DNA of 64,000 nucleotides from Phycisphaeraceae bacterium (GCA_963674705.1 OY771506.1:5440001-5504000); one strand, 5' to 3'. Shown: positions 39,593 through 49,760, counted from the stretch's first letter. The notes: generated by a model not told the origin, from the letters alone. Numbers and translations: made by a program.

Positions 39593-41497
39593 TTATTCTT
39601 TAGCCTTGACTTTCAGGTTGACTGCGGTGGGTACAGAGTGCGCCACATCTTCCAGTCTAGCATCTGCGGCCGCCCCTTCGCTATCCAGAACAATATAGGG
39701 CGAGAAGGCATAGTCCATGTGCTGCATCTGGCTATTTTCGGTGTAAGTAATACGCGGTTCGTAATCGGGCTCGGAATCAACCTTTACCTTGTACGTAACT
39801 TCCTGCGACTTGCCAAAAGCCAGGCCGTCGACATCGGCGCTGCCTTTCACAAGCTCGACCGTCCAGGTATCGGACAGGCCCTTGATCTGGATCATGCCGC
39901 TGATTTTTTGCGGGGTGGTATTGAGGATACGGGCGGTCAGGGTGAGTGTGTCGCCCAGGCCGATCTCAGGCTTATCCACCTGGAGCATCATGTAAGGCAG
40001 TTCCTGGTTGTCCAGGTCTCTGAACGCGAAGTGACGTGTGCCGGGCTTTAAAAGATGGACGGCGGCGGCCTCTCCGGGGCCTAGCGATACACGGACATCT
40101 TTGAATTCGCTGCCCGATTCAACGAGCACCGCACGATCCACTCCCTGGAAAGACTCGGTCACTTTATCAACCGTCAGCACGCGGTCGGCATCTTCGGCTT
40201 TGAAGTGCAAACGCAACTCGGTATCAATCTCTCTGTCGGTCGGGTTATGCATGACGAACGAATAGAGCGTCTGGCCGGCTTCGTTGACGTGCCGGGTGGC
40301 GACGGCGTCGAGTTCGTGTTCACCGTCACCGCGGATGGTGTGGTAGCACATGTCGCCGATGACATTGCGGAAAAGCCAGTAAGGCCAGTAGGTCCCCATC
40401 AACGGTGCACCGGTGTTATCCATCACGCCAAAGACATGGTTACCTGATTCGTTATAACCAAGTGTGGTGAAGTGATGGATGCTGAGGATACGGTCCTGAA
40501 TATCAAGGAAGCGAAAATGCCTACCGAGCATGTACTGGACCTTGGGCCAGCCGCCGTACCAGGCGTCGGTTTCCGTGATGGAGATGCGTCCGTCGCCTTT
40601 GCCGGGAAGTGCGCGGAACTTGTCGGTCTTGTCGATCAGTTCGGCTTGCAGGTCTTTGGGTGTGCGGTCCTGGCCGTGGTAGATATGGTGGATGACGAAG
40701 TCGGCCTGATCGCCGCAGGCTGCGAGGAAGTCGACATACCACTCTCCGGGCTCAGCCCAGTAAGCGGGCGTCAGCGCGGGGCCGCCGACCATGAGGTCCG
40801 GGTGTTCTTTGTGCAAACGTTTGGCTGCGGTATTGAAGAGTTCGAAGTAGCTCTCGCGTGTCCCGCCATAGAACATCGGCATGTTCGGCTCGTTCCAGAT
40901 TTCGACATAGCGGAGCCTGGGCGTCACGGATCGGTCCGGGCCGTTGTAATCCGTGACGACTGCGGCGGCGAACTCGGCCCATTCATCTTTATCTTTTACG
41001 GGGTCCTTTTCATCTTCGGAGCGGTTCCAGTCCACGTTGTAACAGAGCAGCGAAAGGCGTTCGGTGCCGAGTTCATCGAGAAATGCTTCGTAATCTTCAC
41101 GGTCATCGACAAAACGAACCATATCTTCGGGGTGCAGCTTGTCCCAGTTGTAGACATTGGGATCGTCATTGTCATTTTCAGGCTCCATCAGGTGAATCCA
41201 GGTTTCCATGCGGATCATGGTTTCTTGCGGATTCAGCAGCAGGTAGCTGGGCATGAGTGTGGGATTGTCTTTGGCGACGCTCCAGACTTTAGGCAGACCT
41301 TCAAGGCTGTACAGAGCGCGATTGATGCAGCCGGTTTTATTGGTCCAGTCAACGGAGATGATGGTTTGCGCATCCTCCTCTGCCAGCGATCGCGAACAAG
41401 TTGTCGCGATGGTGAGTACAGCGACGAGGCATAGCAGCCATTGGCGCATGTGGGGTGCATGTTGTGGGTTGGATCGGTGAGAAGTTTGTTGATTCAT
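39593..41497 (-). CDS. Secreted clan GH-A glycoside hydrolase (GH39-like) with C-terminal Ig-like/NEW3-like domain
   Basis: YVEIWNEPN acid/base motif, VGGPA, HIY, ISITE nucleophile; start uncertain (41497 or 41449). Confidence 0.75.
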   Translation of the reverse strand: MNQQTSHRSNPQHAPHMRQWLLCLVAVLTIATTCSRSLAEEDAQTIISVDWTNKTGCINRALYSLEGLPKVWSVAKDNPTLMPSYLLLNPQETMIRMETWIHLMEPENDNDDPNVYNWDKLHPEDMVRFVDDREDYEAFLDELGTERLSLLCYNVDWNRSEDEKDPVKDKDEWAEFAAAVVTDYNGPDRSVTPRLRYVEIWNEPNMPMFYGGTRESYFELFNTAAKRLHKEHPDLMVGGPALTPAYWAEPGEWYVDFLAACGDQADFVIHHIYHGQDRTPKDLQAELIDKTDKFRALPGKGDGRISITETDAWYGGWPKVQYMLGRHFRFLDIQDRILSIHHFTTLGYNESGNHVFGVMDNTGAPLMGTYWPYWLFRNVIGDMCYHTIRGDGEHELDAVATRHVNEAGQTLYSFVMHNPTDREIDTELRLHFKAEDADRVLTVDKVTESFQGVDRAVLVESGSEFKDVRVSLGPGEAAAVHLLKPGTRHFAFRDLDNQELPYMMLQVDKPEIGLGDTLTLTARILNTTPQKISGMIQIKGLSDTWTVELVKGSADVDGLAFGKSQEVTYKVKVDSEPDYEPRITYTENSQMQHMDYAFSPYIVLDSEGAAADARLEDVAHSVPTAVNLKVKAKE

Positions 41498-41709
41498 GTT
41501 ACCTGACCGTTGAATGACCATGCCGGATCCCCCCGGACATCCCCGGATACACCCCGCCCCCCGGATATCCCCGAAAACCAGCGAGACGATTACGGCGTTA
41601 GCCGCGACAGTTCCATAAGAGGGATTCATCACTCTCGATCCATGGAGCATTCGTGGTTGATTGCATCAAAAGCACAAAGCCATAGCCCGGTGGAGTGAAG
41701 CATCGAACT

Positions 41710-41744
41710 AAAAAGCGGCGGCACGCGATCAAGCGTACCACCGC
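41710..41744 (-). terminator. Rho-independent terminator after the PEP-CTERM gene
   Basis: Minus strand GCGGTGGTACGC-TTGATC-GCGTGCCGCCGC-TTTTT. Confidence 0.7.
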
Positions 41745-41758
41745 AGGGGGGGGTCACA

Positions 41759-42517
41759 TTAATGACGACGGATCAGTGCCAGGCCGCCGAGGCCGAGCAG
41801 GGCCAAGGAAGCCGGTTCGGGCACCACGTCGATTTCCCAGATCAACGGGGAGACGAACGCAGCCGTCAGGCCGTCATCGATGCCGGTCAGCGGGTTGATG
41901 CCGTCGGACGGGTCACGCATCTGCCCGCCGCTGTTATCAACAGCGTAGAACTCGAAGATCAAGTTGGTGACGCCGGTCATAATCGGGGCGCCGGTGTCAT
42001 CATAAATCCGCATGTAGGTCGATCCCCAAGCGCCGGCGTTGTTCAGTGTGCCGGACGGATCAGACTGGAAGTAGCCGAGTTGTGCGAAGTTCGCGCCACC
42101 GTCAGTGGAGTAGGACACGACTGTGGTGGAGAACACACGCCCGTCCTTGCCATCGTTACCGGAAAGGATGCCGATCCAGGGGATATCCGAAGCGCTTGCC
42201 AAATCATACTGAACGCGTTTGGTGGGCGTGTCAGCGCCGGGGAAGTCATTGAGCAGGCCGGCCAGTCCGCTTTCACCGGAGTCATTTGTAAATGCGGGTA
42301 GGCCCTGGGGTGCCAACGAGTTGCCGGCGGCGGGATTGGCGGGGTGCCAGCCCAGGTCACCGGCCAGTTCGGTGCCGATCAAACCGCTGATAAGGTCGCC
42401 CGAGAGGACCATAGCATTCAGCGCACTGCCGTCGGCACCATGGTGGGTGTTCGTTACAACCGCTGCGTTAGCGGAAGCCGCAACACACAAACCCAAAACA
42501 GAAGCCAATACTTTCAT
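41759..42517 (-). CDS. PEP-CTERM surface protein with discoidin/F5-8C-like domain
   Basis: AGGAGG SD, signal peptide MKVLASVLGL, YDL...I..I.I, YSTDGG..F, IWEIDV, VPEPASLALLGLGGLALIRRH. Confidence 0.85.
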   Translation of the reverse strand: MKVLASVLGLCVAASANAAVVTNTHHGADGSALNAMVLSGDLISGLIGTELAGDLGWHPANPAAGNSLAPQGLPAFTNDSGESGLAGLLNDFPGADTPTKRVQYDLASASDIPWIGILSGNDGKDGRVFSTTVVSYSTDGGANFAQLGYFQSDPSGTLNNAGAWGSTYMRIYDDTGAPIMTGVTNLIFEFYAVDNSGGQMRDPSDGINPLTGIDDGLTAAFVSPLIWEIDVVPEPASLALLGLGGLALIRRH

Positions 42518-42685
42518 TTCTCTTCCTCCTAACAAAAAGTGTGATAATGACATGACTGTCCTAAAGCACGACGGTCGCATAGAGTCAGACCATCGCGAAA
42601 ATAAACTACAAAAAACCGATGTGATCATTTCTTCTTTACTTACACCTCTCTCCCTCTCCCCTGTGTTAAACGATCACAAAAATGC

Positions 42686-43759
42686 TTACTCCAACGGCCG
42701 GTCGCTTTCTCTAACGACCAGGTCCGGGATATGGCGTATACAACGGTGCGGCGTATCGGGGTCTTCCCACCGCCGTTCGATTTCTTCAACGAGGCGTCTT
42801 GCGATCTGCTCGCTGGTGTGGCCGACCATTGTCAGGGGTACCGGCGAATCCGTCCCGAGGTCCGGGTTGTCCAAGACGATCAGGCTCAGGTCATCGGGGA
42901 TACGGATGCCGGCCGTGTGGAATGCCTGCATCGCGCCTTTGGCGCTGGCGTAGCTACCAATCGCCATCGCGGTAAACGGCAGGCCGTTGTGCTTCTCGAT
43001 TAGCCGTTCCATGCTTTCACGCATGCCAACAGTCGACGATTCGTTCGGTTGGGTATTTGCAGCGATAACTGGGTCCGGGTCATTGGGAAGCTTTGCCCAG
43101 CGAACCAGCGAACGGAAGTGCTGTTCGAGCTGCTCCCACATGATGCGAGGCTCACCGCTGGCAAGCGCGATACGGCTGTGGCCCAGGCCCATCAAGCGTT
43201 CGATCGCGGTTTCCAGACCTTGGCGTGCATCGGTGTCCAAGGCATCGATATTCGCACCGTCCAGGCCGCCATCGACCACGACCGCCTGGCTGCGTTTACG
43301 CAGGAACGAAAGCAGGTCTAACGGCACGTGCGGCAGCATCGGCTGCAACACGTACGCATCGGCATGCGGCGCATCACGCAGCATCTCGATCGCACGCTCG
43401 TAATCACAGTAGGTCAAGACAATCGGGCGGTGGCCCTCATCCTTGAGCACCTGATGCAGCGCACGGGTGATCTCGTCGCCGCGGCGGCTGGGATAGTCGC
43501 TGCGGAGGATCGTGATCGTCCGTGCCATCGGGCCGGCGCCTCCTACTACGAATGTACCTCGACCCACCTGGCGTTCCACCAATCCTTCGGTTTCCAGGCT
43601 TGAAATCGCACGCTGCACCGTAAGCTGGCTGACACCGAATCGACGCATCAACAGCCGGACGGAGGGCAGCTTGCTCCCCGTGTCCATCTGTGCGGCCTGG
43701 GTACGCAGTACCTCGGCGATGCGATCGGGCGTAGTCGGTTGCGTTAAATTGTCAGCCAT
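42686..43759 (-). CDS. GntR-HTH / LacI-type sensor transcriptional regulator (AraR-like architecture)
   Basis: KLPSVR.LM.RFGVS..TV.RA...L..EGLV.R..GRGTFV, then periplasmic-binding-protein fold (LGH.RIA, GIRIPDDLS); start at ATG 43759. Confidence 0.9.
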   Translation of the reverse strand: MADNLTQPTTPDRIAEVLRTQAAQMDTGSKLPSVRLLMRRFGVSQLTVQRAISSLETEGLVERQVGRGTFVVGGAGPMARTITILRSDYPSRRGDEITRALHQVLKDEGHRPIVLTYCDYERAIEMLRDAPHADAYVLQPMLPHVPLDLLSFLRKRSQAVVVDGGLDGANIDALDTDARQGLETAIERLMGLGHSRIALASGEPRIMWEQLEQHFRSLVRWAKLPNDPDPVIAANTQPNESSTVGMRESMERLIEKHNGLPFTAMAIGSYASAKGAMQAFHTAGIRIPDDLSLIVLDNPDLGTDSPVPLTMVGHTSEQIARRLVEEIERRWEDPDTPHRCIRHIPDLVVRESDRPLE

Positions 43760-43922
43760 AAGACACAATCCAGTTCTTATCGAGGGAAACGTTACACAAG
43801 CCTCATCGGCCAGCCCGGCCCAGCCGGGACAATCCGCCACTATCCCTCGATACCATAAACAACAAGCACGGGCTAACGCGAATCGCGAAACTTTCCACAA
43901 TCCGCGGCCGTGAGCCGACCCA

Positions 43923-45092
43923 TCAGGATCGGCGACGCAGCAGGCCCAGGCCGACGACACTCAGCAGCATCGCCGTAGCCGGTTCGGGCACGACCGAAGG
44001 CAGGACTGCCGGGAGAATATCGATCTCCCATATCTCAGGAGACACGATCGGCCAAGGTTCATCGGGATTACTCATACGCAAGGCGCCGGTGCTGCCAAAG
44101 GAGCCCTGAAGTATCGCAAGATCGTCATCATTCACCGCACCATCGCCGGTGGCATCACCTGTCGCGCCGGTCGCACCGGAAACCGTGCCGTAGTTCAGTG
44201 CGAGGATGTTGTAGTCAAGCAGGTTGACGATGCCGTCATCGTTGAAGTCAGCCGGGGCAGGCAGGGTGTTGTCATCAGTGCCTGTGAACGGATTGACGCC
44301 GAAGAACGGGTCTTCGATCGCGTTGTCGGTGTGATGGACCGAGTAGAACTCGATGTTCACGTGCGTGACGCCGGCGGCGAGAACCCCACTGGAATCATCG
44401 GTGATTTGCATGTACGTGGATTGCCAAGTGTTGGTATCAGACGTGTTAACTGTGCCAGTGGCATCGGACTGAAAGTAGCTGCCATTGGGGATAGCAAACG
44501 GGTTAGCGTCTTGTTCGACTGAATTGGAATCGGTGAATGCTTTGCCGTCGTAGATAACGGTCCCGCCGTTGCCATCTAGGTCGGTCCAGGTCAGACCGCC
44601 GTCGGTCGAGACACGGATCACGGCTGTGATGAAGACGCGGCCATCCGGATCGTTAGCATTACCACCGAGGATATTGATCTGGCCGATATCAAATGTTCCA
44701 CCAAGGTCGAAGACAAGCCGTTTAGTCGGCAGGCCATCGCCGGGGAAGTCATTCAGAAGCCCGTCCAAGGAACCCTTGGGGCCGGAACCGTCTGTGAATG
44801 TAGATGTCCCAAAGGGATGGTTGGCATCACCGGAAGCAGGATTCGCCGGATGATAACCGGTATCGTCGACAGGCAACCCCAACCCGTTTGTGTATTCAAG
44901 TGAGGTGTAAACACCATCGCCTGTCACTTTTTCATGTGCAAATATACCTTGAGCCAAGTCAGTGGTACTTAACTGCCCATTAAAGTCGATTGGCGAACCG
45001 CCGTGCGAGACAGACAGGCTTGTCGCGGCCATGCTTGTGCTGGCACCAGCACACAAGGCCAATGCGGCTGACAAAATAACCGTTCTTCTCAT
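43923..45092 (-). CDS. PEP-CTERM surface protein, paralog of 41759-42517, with dockerin-like insert
   Basis: Shared motifs HPANP, GLLNDFPG, PTKR, DGRVF, YFQSD, W.STYM, VSP.IWEID; ADFNDDG..GDATGDG dockerin; VPEP tail. Confidence 0.85.
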   Translation of the reverse strand: MRRTVILSAALALCAGASTSMAATSLSVSHGGSPIDFNGQLSTTDLAQGIFAHEKVTGDGVYTSLEYTNGLGLPVDDTGYHPANPASGDANHPFGTSTFTDGSGPKGSLDGLLNDFPGDGLPTKRLVFDLGGTFDIGQINILGGNANDPDGRVFITAVIRVSTDGGLTWTDLDGNGGTVIYDGKAFTDSNSVEQDANPFAIPNGSYFQSDATGTVNTSDTNTWQSTYMQITDDSSGVLAAGVTHVNIEFYSVHHTDNAIEDPFFGVNPFTGTDDNTLPAPADFNDDGIVNLLDYNILALNYGTVSGATGATGDATGDGAVNDDDLAILQGSFGSTGALRMSNPDEPWPIVSPEIWEIDILPAVLPSVVPEPATAMLLSVVGLGLLRRRS

Positions 45093-45209
45093 CTTTAATC
45101 CTCCTGGTTTTCTCGAACACGCGTTGCCCGAGATGGATTGTGTGATCGTCCAGTACGTACCCTCTTGATGCTCGAATATCGCTGCATATACACGATAACA
45201 AGAACTTTA

Positions 45210-46088
45210 TTAATTGAAATAGTACGCGTTATTTTCTTCGTCGAGTTTGAATTCAAACAGGTCCGGCTCACCGGCCTTGATGCCTTCTACCGTGAAAGTA
45301 GTCTTACCAAAAGATTCGGCATGGCCGTCCATCAGCACGATATTAACTCTTTCTTTGTGCCGGAATCGCGGGTATGTCCCCGCACTGTCTTTGACAACCT
45401 CCTGCAGATTACCCGCATTGACCATCTGTACCGTAACGGCCGTGTGGGTCTCGTTGATCCCGGGCGGCTTGCGACCTGAATCACTCAGCAGATACGTTGT
45501 GGTTGGACGGGGCAGCATGTCTACGATGGGCCCGCCCTTGTACTTGTTCTTAGCAGGCACAGCGAATGAAACCTGGCCGGGGAACTGGATATTGAACATC
45601 AAGGGGTTCCAAGTATCACGAGCAGTCATAATGCGGCTTTGGTCAACACCATAACCACCACCCCAGCCACTTTGAGGAACACCACGCCCATCGGCAATCA
45701 TCTCGTCGTTCTCGACGACCGGACAATGCCAGATGCCTTTGTAAGCCCCACGGATATCATCTTGCGTAAAGCCGTTGGGCCAGTCATTGGCTCGGCCATC
45801 AGGCAAGTACCCGCCATCGATCAAGAGATCGTAATAAAAACCCTTGTCCAAAGCACCGTAGGTGATGAAGCACCACGGCATCCTCATCTTGTTATCCGTA
45901 GCGTATGCGTAGAAACCTGTCCCGAGCTGTTTTGTGTTTGACAAGCAAACCGTCGCCCGCGCGGTTTCTCTAGCAGCACCCAACGCCGGCAGGAGGATCC
46001 CGACCAACAGGGCGATGATGGAAATAACCACAAGCAATTCGATGAGTGTGAATCCGCATCGGGCGGTGCGATTGCGTGAAACGTCCAT
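45210..46088 (-). CDS. Prepilin-type N-terminal cleavage/methylation protein with H-X9-DG motif (DUF1559-like)
   Basis: [29 protein letters not shown]...C.SN.KQ and C-terminal RH....N....DGH. Confidence 0.92.
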   Translation of the reverse strand: MDVSRNRTARCGFTLIELLVVISIIALLVGILLPALGAARETARATVCLSNTKQLGTGFYAYATDNKMRMPWCFITYGALDKGFYYDLLIDGGYLPDGRANDWPNGFTQDDIRGAYKGIWHCPVVENDEMIADGRGVPQSGWGGGYGVDQSRIMTARDTWNPLMFNIQFPGQVSFAVPAKNKYKGGPIVDMLPRPTTTYLLSDSGRKPPGINETHTAVTVQMVNAGNLQEVVKDSAGTYPRFRHKERVNIVLMDGHAESFGKTTFTVEGIKAGEPDLFEFKLDEENNAYYFN

Positions 46089-46222
46089 TAGAATCGGCTC
46101 CATCCAAGCAGTGTGCGATGTGTTTGAATTGACATCCATCGCTATTCGAACAACCAGTTACCTGGAAAGGCGACGATGCCAAGATACGGCCTTTCACCCT
46201 CCAAGCTCTCTTACAGGTACTT

Positions 46223-46251
46223 AAAATACACACAATACGGTATTGTGTCAA
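46223..46251 (-). promoter_or_regulatory. Sigma70-type promoter with a perfect palindrome in the spacer
   Basis: Minus strand TTGACA-N17-TATTTT; ACACAATAC-G-GTATTGTGT at 46230-46248. Confidence 0.65.
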
Positions 46252-46564
46252 CCGTATTTCAACCACCAAAACAAAGAATCCGCCAAGACCAAGATTGATG
46301 TCTTTAAGTCATTTTTTAACAATTTATTACATCAATACAAAATATTCGCATATCAGGGCTGCTTTTACCCTCTAGCCGTATGACAGAAAGGCGTATTGAT
46401 ACACCTGGGAGTTTAAAATTGTCCTTAACGGGCTAAAAATGCGGGATTTGAGCTTCGCTTCGATCAATCATGGGTGTGGTGTATCAAGGTGTATTAACCG
46501 TACCTCAAACCCATACACTCTCGATGGCGGCCAAGTCGAAAGCATATATCCACCCGAATCAGGC

Positions 46565-47611
46565 CTAGATCGATGCCGACTGCTCCTCCACGATCCGACA
46601 CCATTCGTCATAAGCTGCGATTGCGGTCGGTGGGTTCACGGATAACTCGAACGCCACTTGCGCGATGATCCCGCCGGACGGGTCGTACAGATGTTTGGCC
46701 ACCTCTCGTACTGCGCGTCGGCCGTCGTCCGGATTGGTCGAGGGCAAGATGTGTTGGCGATCGATTTCACCCCAGAACGTGATCTTGCCTTTGACGGTTT
46801 TGGCGAGTTCGGCCATGTCCATGCAGAACAGTTGCGAGTTCACCGCGTCGATGCCGGCTTCGACCAGGTCGGGCATGATCGCCTGGATGTTGCCATCCGA
46901 GTGCATGAAGATCAACTTGCCCGCATCGTGTGCGATCTTGGCGTACTGGGCGTACATCGGCTTGAAGACTTCACGCCACGCGTCCGGACGGATCAGCAGA
47001 CGATCCTGGCTGCCCCAGTCGTCGAGATAGAAGAGTGCATCGACATCCGTCGTGGCCCAGAACTCGAACTCGCGCAGGTTGTATTCGTGGACGGCCCGCA
47101 AAACGTTCTGCGTCAAGTCGGTCGGATCGGCTATGTCCATCATGGCGTTTTCTGAGCCGCGCAGGAACTGATAGCGCTCCCAGGGACGGACGTTGCCAGG
47201 TGTCATGACGAACAGGTCTGTCTCGGCGCAGAAGCGGTTGATCCTGTCCTTCGCATCGGCAGGCATGTTATCGAGGATGTGGTGCGGCGCTTTGAAGTGC
47301 TTGCACGCTTCATCATCAGCCAGCGGCGGGTTCTTCACCTCCCCCACCGCTCCGGCCTGGATGTTGTCGAACACGCAGCCCCACTCGTCGGTTGATTGGC
47401 CGACAATGTAAGGATTGCCCTTGCGGTATTGATCGCTATCAAACGCATCCGGCGCACGGCAGATGTCTTCGGGATAGTCCCGACGGATCTGAGCCAGCGC
47501 ATCACGCTGATGCTCTTCGGACCAAGGCAACGTCCACAAATCACGCGGCGGACGTGCTGGATGCTCAAAACGTAAAGCGGCGATCGTCAGTTCACGGGAT
47601 GTCGGAGGCAT
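46565..47611 (-). CDS. Uroporphyrinogen decarboxylase-fold protein (MtaA/CmuA-like family)
   Basis: DEWG, FLRG.EN.M.D, DDWGSQ..LLI.P..WR..FKP, MHSDG, FWGEIDRQ..L. Confidence 0.85.
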   Translation of the reverse strand: MPPTSRELTIAALRFEHPARPPRDLWTLPWSEEHQRDALAQIRRDYPEDICRAPDAFDSDQYRKGNPYIVGQSTDEWGCVFDNIQAGAVGEVKNPPLADDEACKHFKAPHHILDNMPADAKDRINRFCAETDLFVMTPGNVRPWERYQFLRGSENAMMDIADPTDLTQNVLRAVHEYNLREFEFWATTDVDALFYLDDWGSQDRLLIRPDAWREVFKPMYAQYAKIAHDAGKLIFMHSDGNIQAIMPDLVEAGIDAVNSQLFCMDMAELAKTVKGKITFWGEIDRQHILPSTNPDDGRRAVREVAKHLYDPSGGIIAQVAFELSVNPPTAIAAYDEWCRIVEEQSASI

Positions 47612-47738
47612 GGGGTTACTCGGGTCTGGGGTGGATTTATGATTTGTGTTTTATGAATTAGGATTTTAATTGCTAATTGTTAATCGCTAATCTCTTGGTA
47701 TCGACTTCTTACTAATGGCTAAGGTCTAATGGCTTCAT

Positions 47739-48878
47739 CTATCCCTTCACGGCTCCGCTGCTCAGGCCTTCGATGAACTCGCGTTGGAGCATGAGGAACA
47801 GGAGCATGACGGGGGCGATGGAGACGAGGGTGCCGGCCATGAGCATGCCGTAGTCCTGGCCGTACTCACTACGCAGTTGCGCGACGGCGACAGACAGGGG
47901 CAACATCTCGGGGCTCTTGATGATAATCTGCGCGCCGATGTAGTTATTCCACGCGCCGAGGAAGGTAATCAAGATGAACGTGCCGACCATCGGTCGGACC
48001 ATGGGCAGCGCGAAGCTGAAGAACAGTTTGAACTCGCCACAGCCGTCGATGCGGCCGGCCTCTAGCATTTCATCGGGCAGGCTGGAGATCATCGCCTGAC
48101 GGAACAGGTACACGCCGAACGCCGGCGCAAGCCCGGGCACGATTAGGCCGGGGAATGAATCGAGCATGCCGAACCAGTAGAGCAGTTGATACGTCGGCGC
48201 GAACAGCAACGACCCCGGGACGATCAACAAAATCAATACTGCGCTGGTGATGGATTCTCTACCAAAGAAACGGAACTTCGCCAGCGCGTAGCCACCCATG
48301 GCTGCAAACAAGGTTGCGAGCACGCTCGATACCGAAGCGATAAACAGTGAGTTGACGACGTTGCGCAGGAAGTTCTGCTCGCTCATCAGGCGTTTGAAGT
48401 GATGAACGGTGAGTTGCCCCCAGGCGATGCCGAGGAAACCGTGCGGATTACCTTCTGCGATTTCGTAACGCACGCCCTCTTGCGATGATGCCAAGACATC
48501 GGGCGGACCTTTGATAGGTTGGCCCTTAATGTCAGTCATTTTCAAGCTGTATTCAACTTCTTCGGTATCGGGGTTATCGTCGCGCGTGACGGTGGCGATA
48601 ACTTCCGCGTCATCGATCACACGGTCTTCACGCACATCGCACATCGCGACACGCAGTGTAAAGTCCTTGGTTTGCAGGCCGTCCATGTGGGTGGTATCGA
48701 CCAGGCCCAATGCGCCGGTGGTAGCTTCGATCTCGAACAGGCCGCTGGTCGGCAGGAAGGGTGAACTGAAAAAGGCTTTACGCGTTTTGAATGCGGAGCA
48801 CACGAGATACACGAACGGCACGAGCGTGATCAGCGTCAGCACCAGCAGTGGGCCATAGATGGAAAATCTGCGAAACAT
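47739..48878 (-). CDS. Carbohydrate ABC permease (MalG-like) with inserted extracytoplasmic domain
   Basis: GYALAKF.F.GR, FGVYLFRQ, LEAGRIDG, WNNY, FIEGLSSGAVKG. Confidence 0.92.
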   Translation of the reverse strand: MFRRFSIYGPLLVLTLITLVPFVYLVCSAFKTRKAFFSSPFLPTSGLFEIEATTGALGLVDTTHMDGLQTKDFTLRVAMCDVREDRVIDDAEVIATVTRDDNPDTEEVEYSLKMTDIKGQPIKGPPDVLASSQEGVRYEIAEGNPHGFLGIAWGQLTVHHFKRLMSEQNFLRNVVNSLFIASVSSVLATLFAAMGGYALAKFRFFGRESITSAVLILLIVPGSLLFAPTYQLLYWFGMLDSFPGLIVPGLAPAFGVYLFRQAMISSLPDEMLEAGRIDGCGEFKLFFSFALPMVRPMVGTFILITFLGAWNNYIGAQIIIKSPEMLPLSVAVAQLRSEYGQDYGMLMAGTLVSIAPVMLLFLMLQREFIEGLSSGAVKG

Positions 48879-49760
48879 CTATTGCTCCGAAGTCCGAGAG
48901 ATCCAGCGTTGAATCATGGCAAACACAAACAGCAGCATCGCCAGCGACCAGCCGATCGCGCTGGCTAGACCGAGGTCCTGCTGGTCCCAGCCCATTTGAA
49001 ACAGGTACATCACGACGGTCAATCCCTGGTTGTCCGAGCCGGCGCCGCTGAGCAGCACGTAAGGCAGGTCAAACAATTGGAAGCTGCCGATCAAAGACAA
49101 AAGCACGACAAACGTGCCCACCGGACGGATCGCGGGGACCGTCACATGCAGGAAGCGTTGCCAGGTGTTGGCCCCGTCGACCATCGCCGCTTCGACAAGC
49201 TGCTTCTCGACGTTCTGCAAAGCCGCAAGGAAGTAGATCATGTTGAACCCGGCGAACATCCACAGCGCTGCGATGATCAGCGTGGGCATCACGTATTCCT
49301 GCAGCCAGGGGAACTCCGGATCGAAGCCGGGGAAGACGCTGTGCAGTGCGACGTTTACCAGCCCGGTGTTCTTCTCGAAGATCAGGCTGAACATCATCGC
49401 GACGAAAACGAGTCCGACGAGTGACGGCGAGAAGAAGATCAAACGGAAGATCGCCCGGCCTCGCACATCGGGGCGATTCAACAATAGCGCCAAACCCAGT
49501 GATATCGGCAACTGAACCAGGACCGAGCCCGCAGCGAAGATGGTTGTGTTCCTGACCGCTTTCCAGAAAAGCGGATCGGTCGCGAGGAACTTGAAGTTAT
49601 CCAGGCCGACGAAGGCGCTACGGCTCGGGCCGAACGTCTGCTTCATCGACAGGATGACCGAGTGATACAACGGGTATGCGATGAAGACGACCAGCAACAC
49701 CAGGAACGGTGAGAGGAAGACGTAAGGCACCCAGCGGTTGTGACGGGTCGTCGCGGTCAT
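48879..49760 (-). CDS. Carbohydrate ABC permease (MalF-like)
   Basis: FVGLDNF, FWKA..NT, FRLIFFSP, LVEAAMVDGA. Confidence 0.93.
   Translation of the reverse strand: MTATTRHNRWVPYVFLSPFLVLLVVFIAYPLYHSVILSMKQTFGPSRSAFVGLDNFKFLATDPLFWKAVRNTTIFAAGSVLVQLPISLGLALLLNRPDVRGRAIFRLIFFSPSLVGLVFVAMMFSLIFEKNTGLVNVALHSVFPGFDPEFPWLQEYVMPTLIIAALWMFAGFNMIYFLAALQNVEKQLVEAAMVDGANTWQRFLHVTVPAIRPVGTFVVLLSLIGSFQLFDLPYVLLSGAGSDNQGLTVVMYLFQMGWDQQDLGLASAIGWSLAMLLFVFAMIQRWISRTSEQ

Noticed and set aside
41520..41575. CCCCGGA short repeats upstream of the GH39-like gene
   Set aside because: Only three or four irregular copies; no clear structure or function can be supported.
46565..47611. hemE (true uroporphyrinogen decarboxylase)
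   Set aside because: No N-terminal RQAGR motif, and the context is carbohydrate catabolism.
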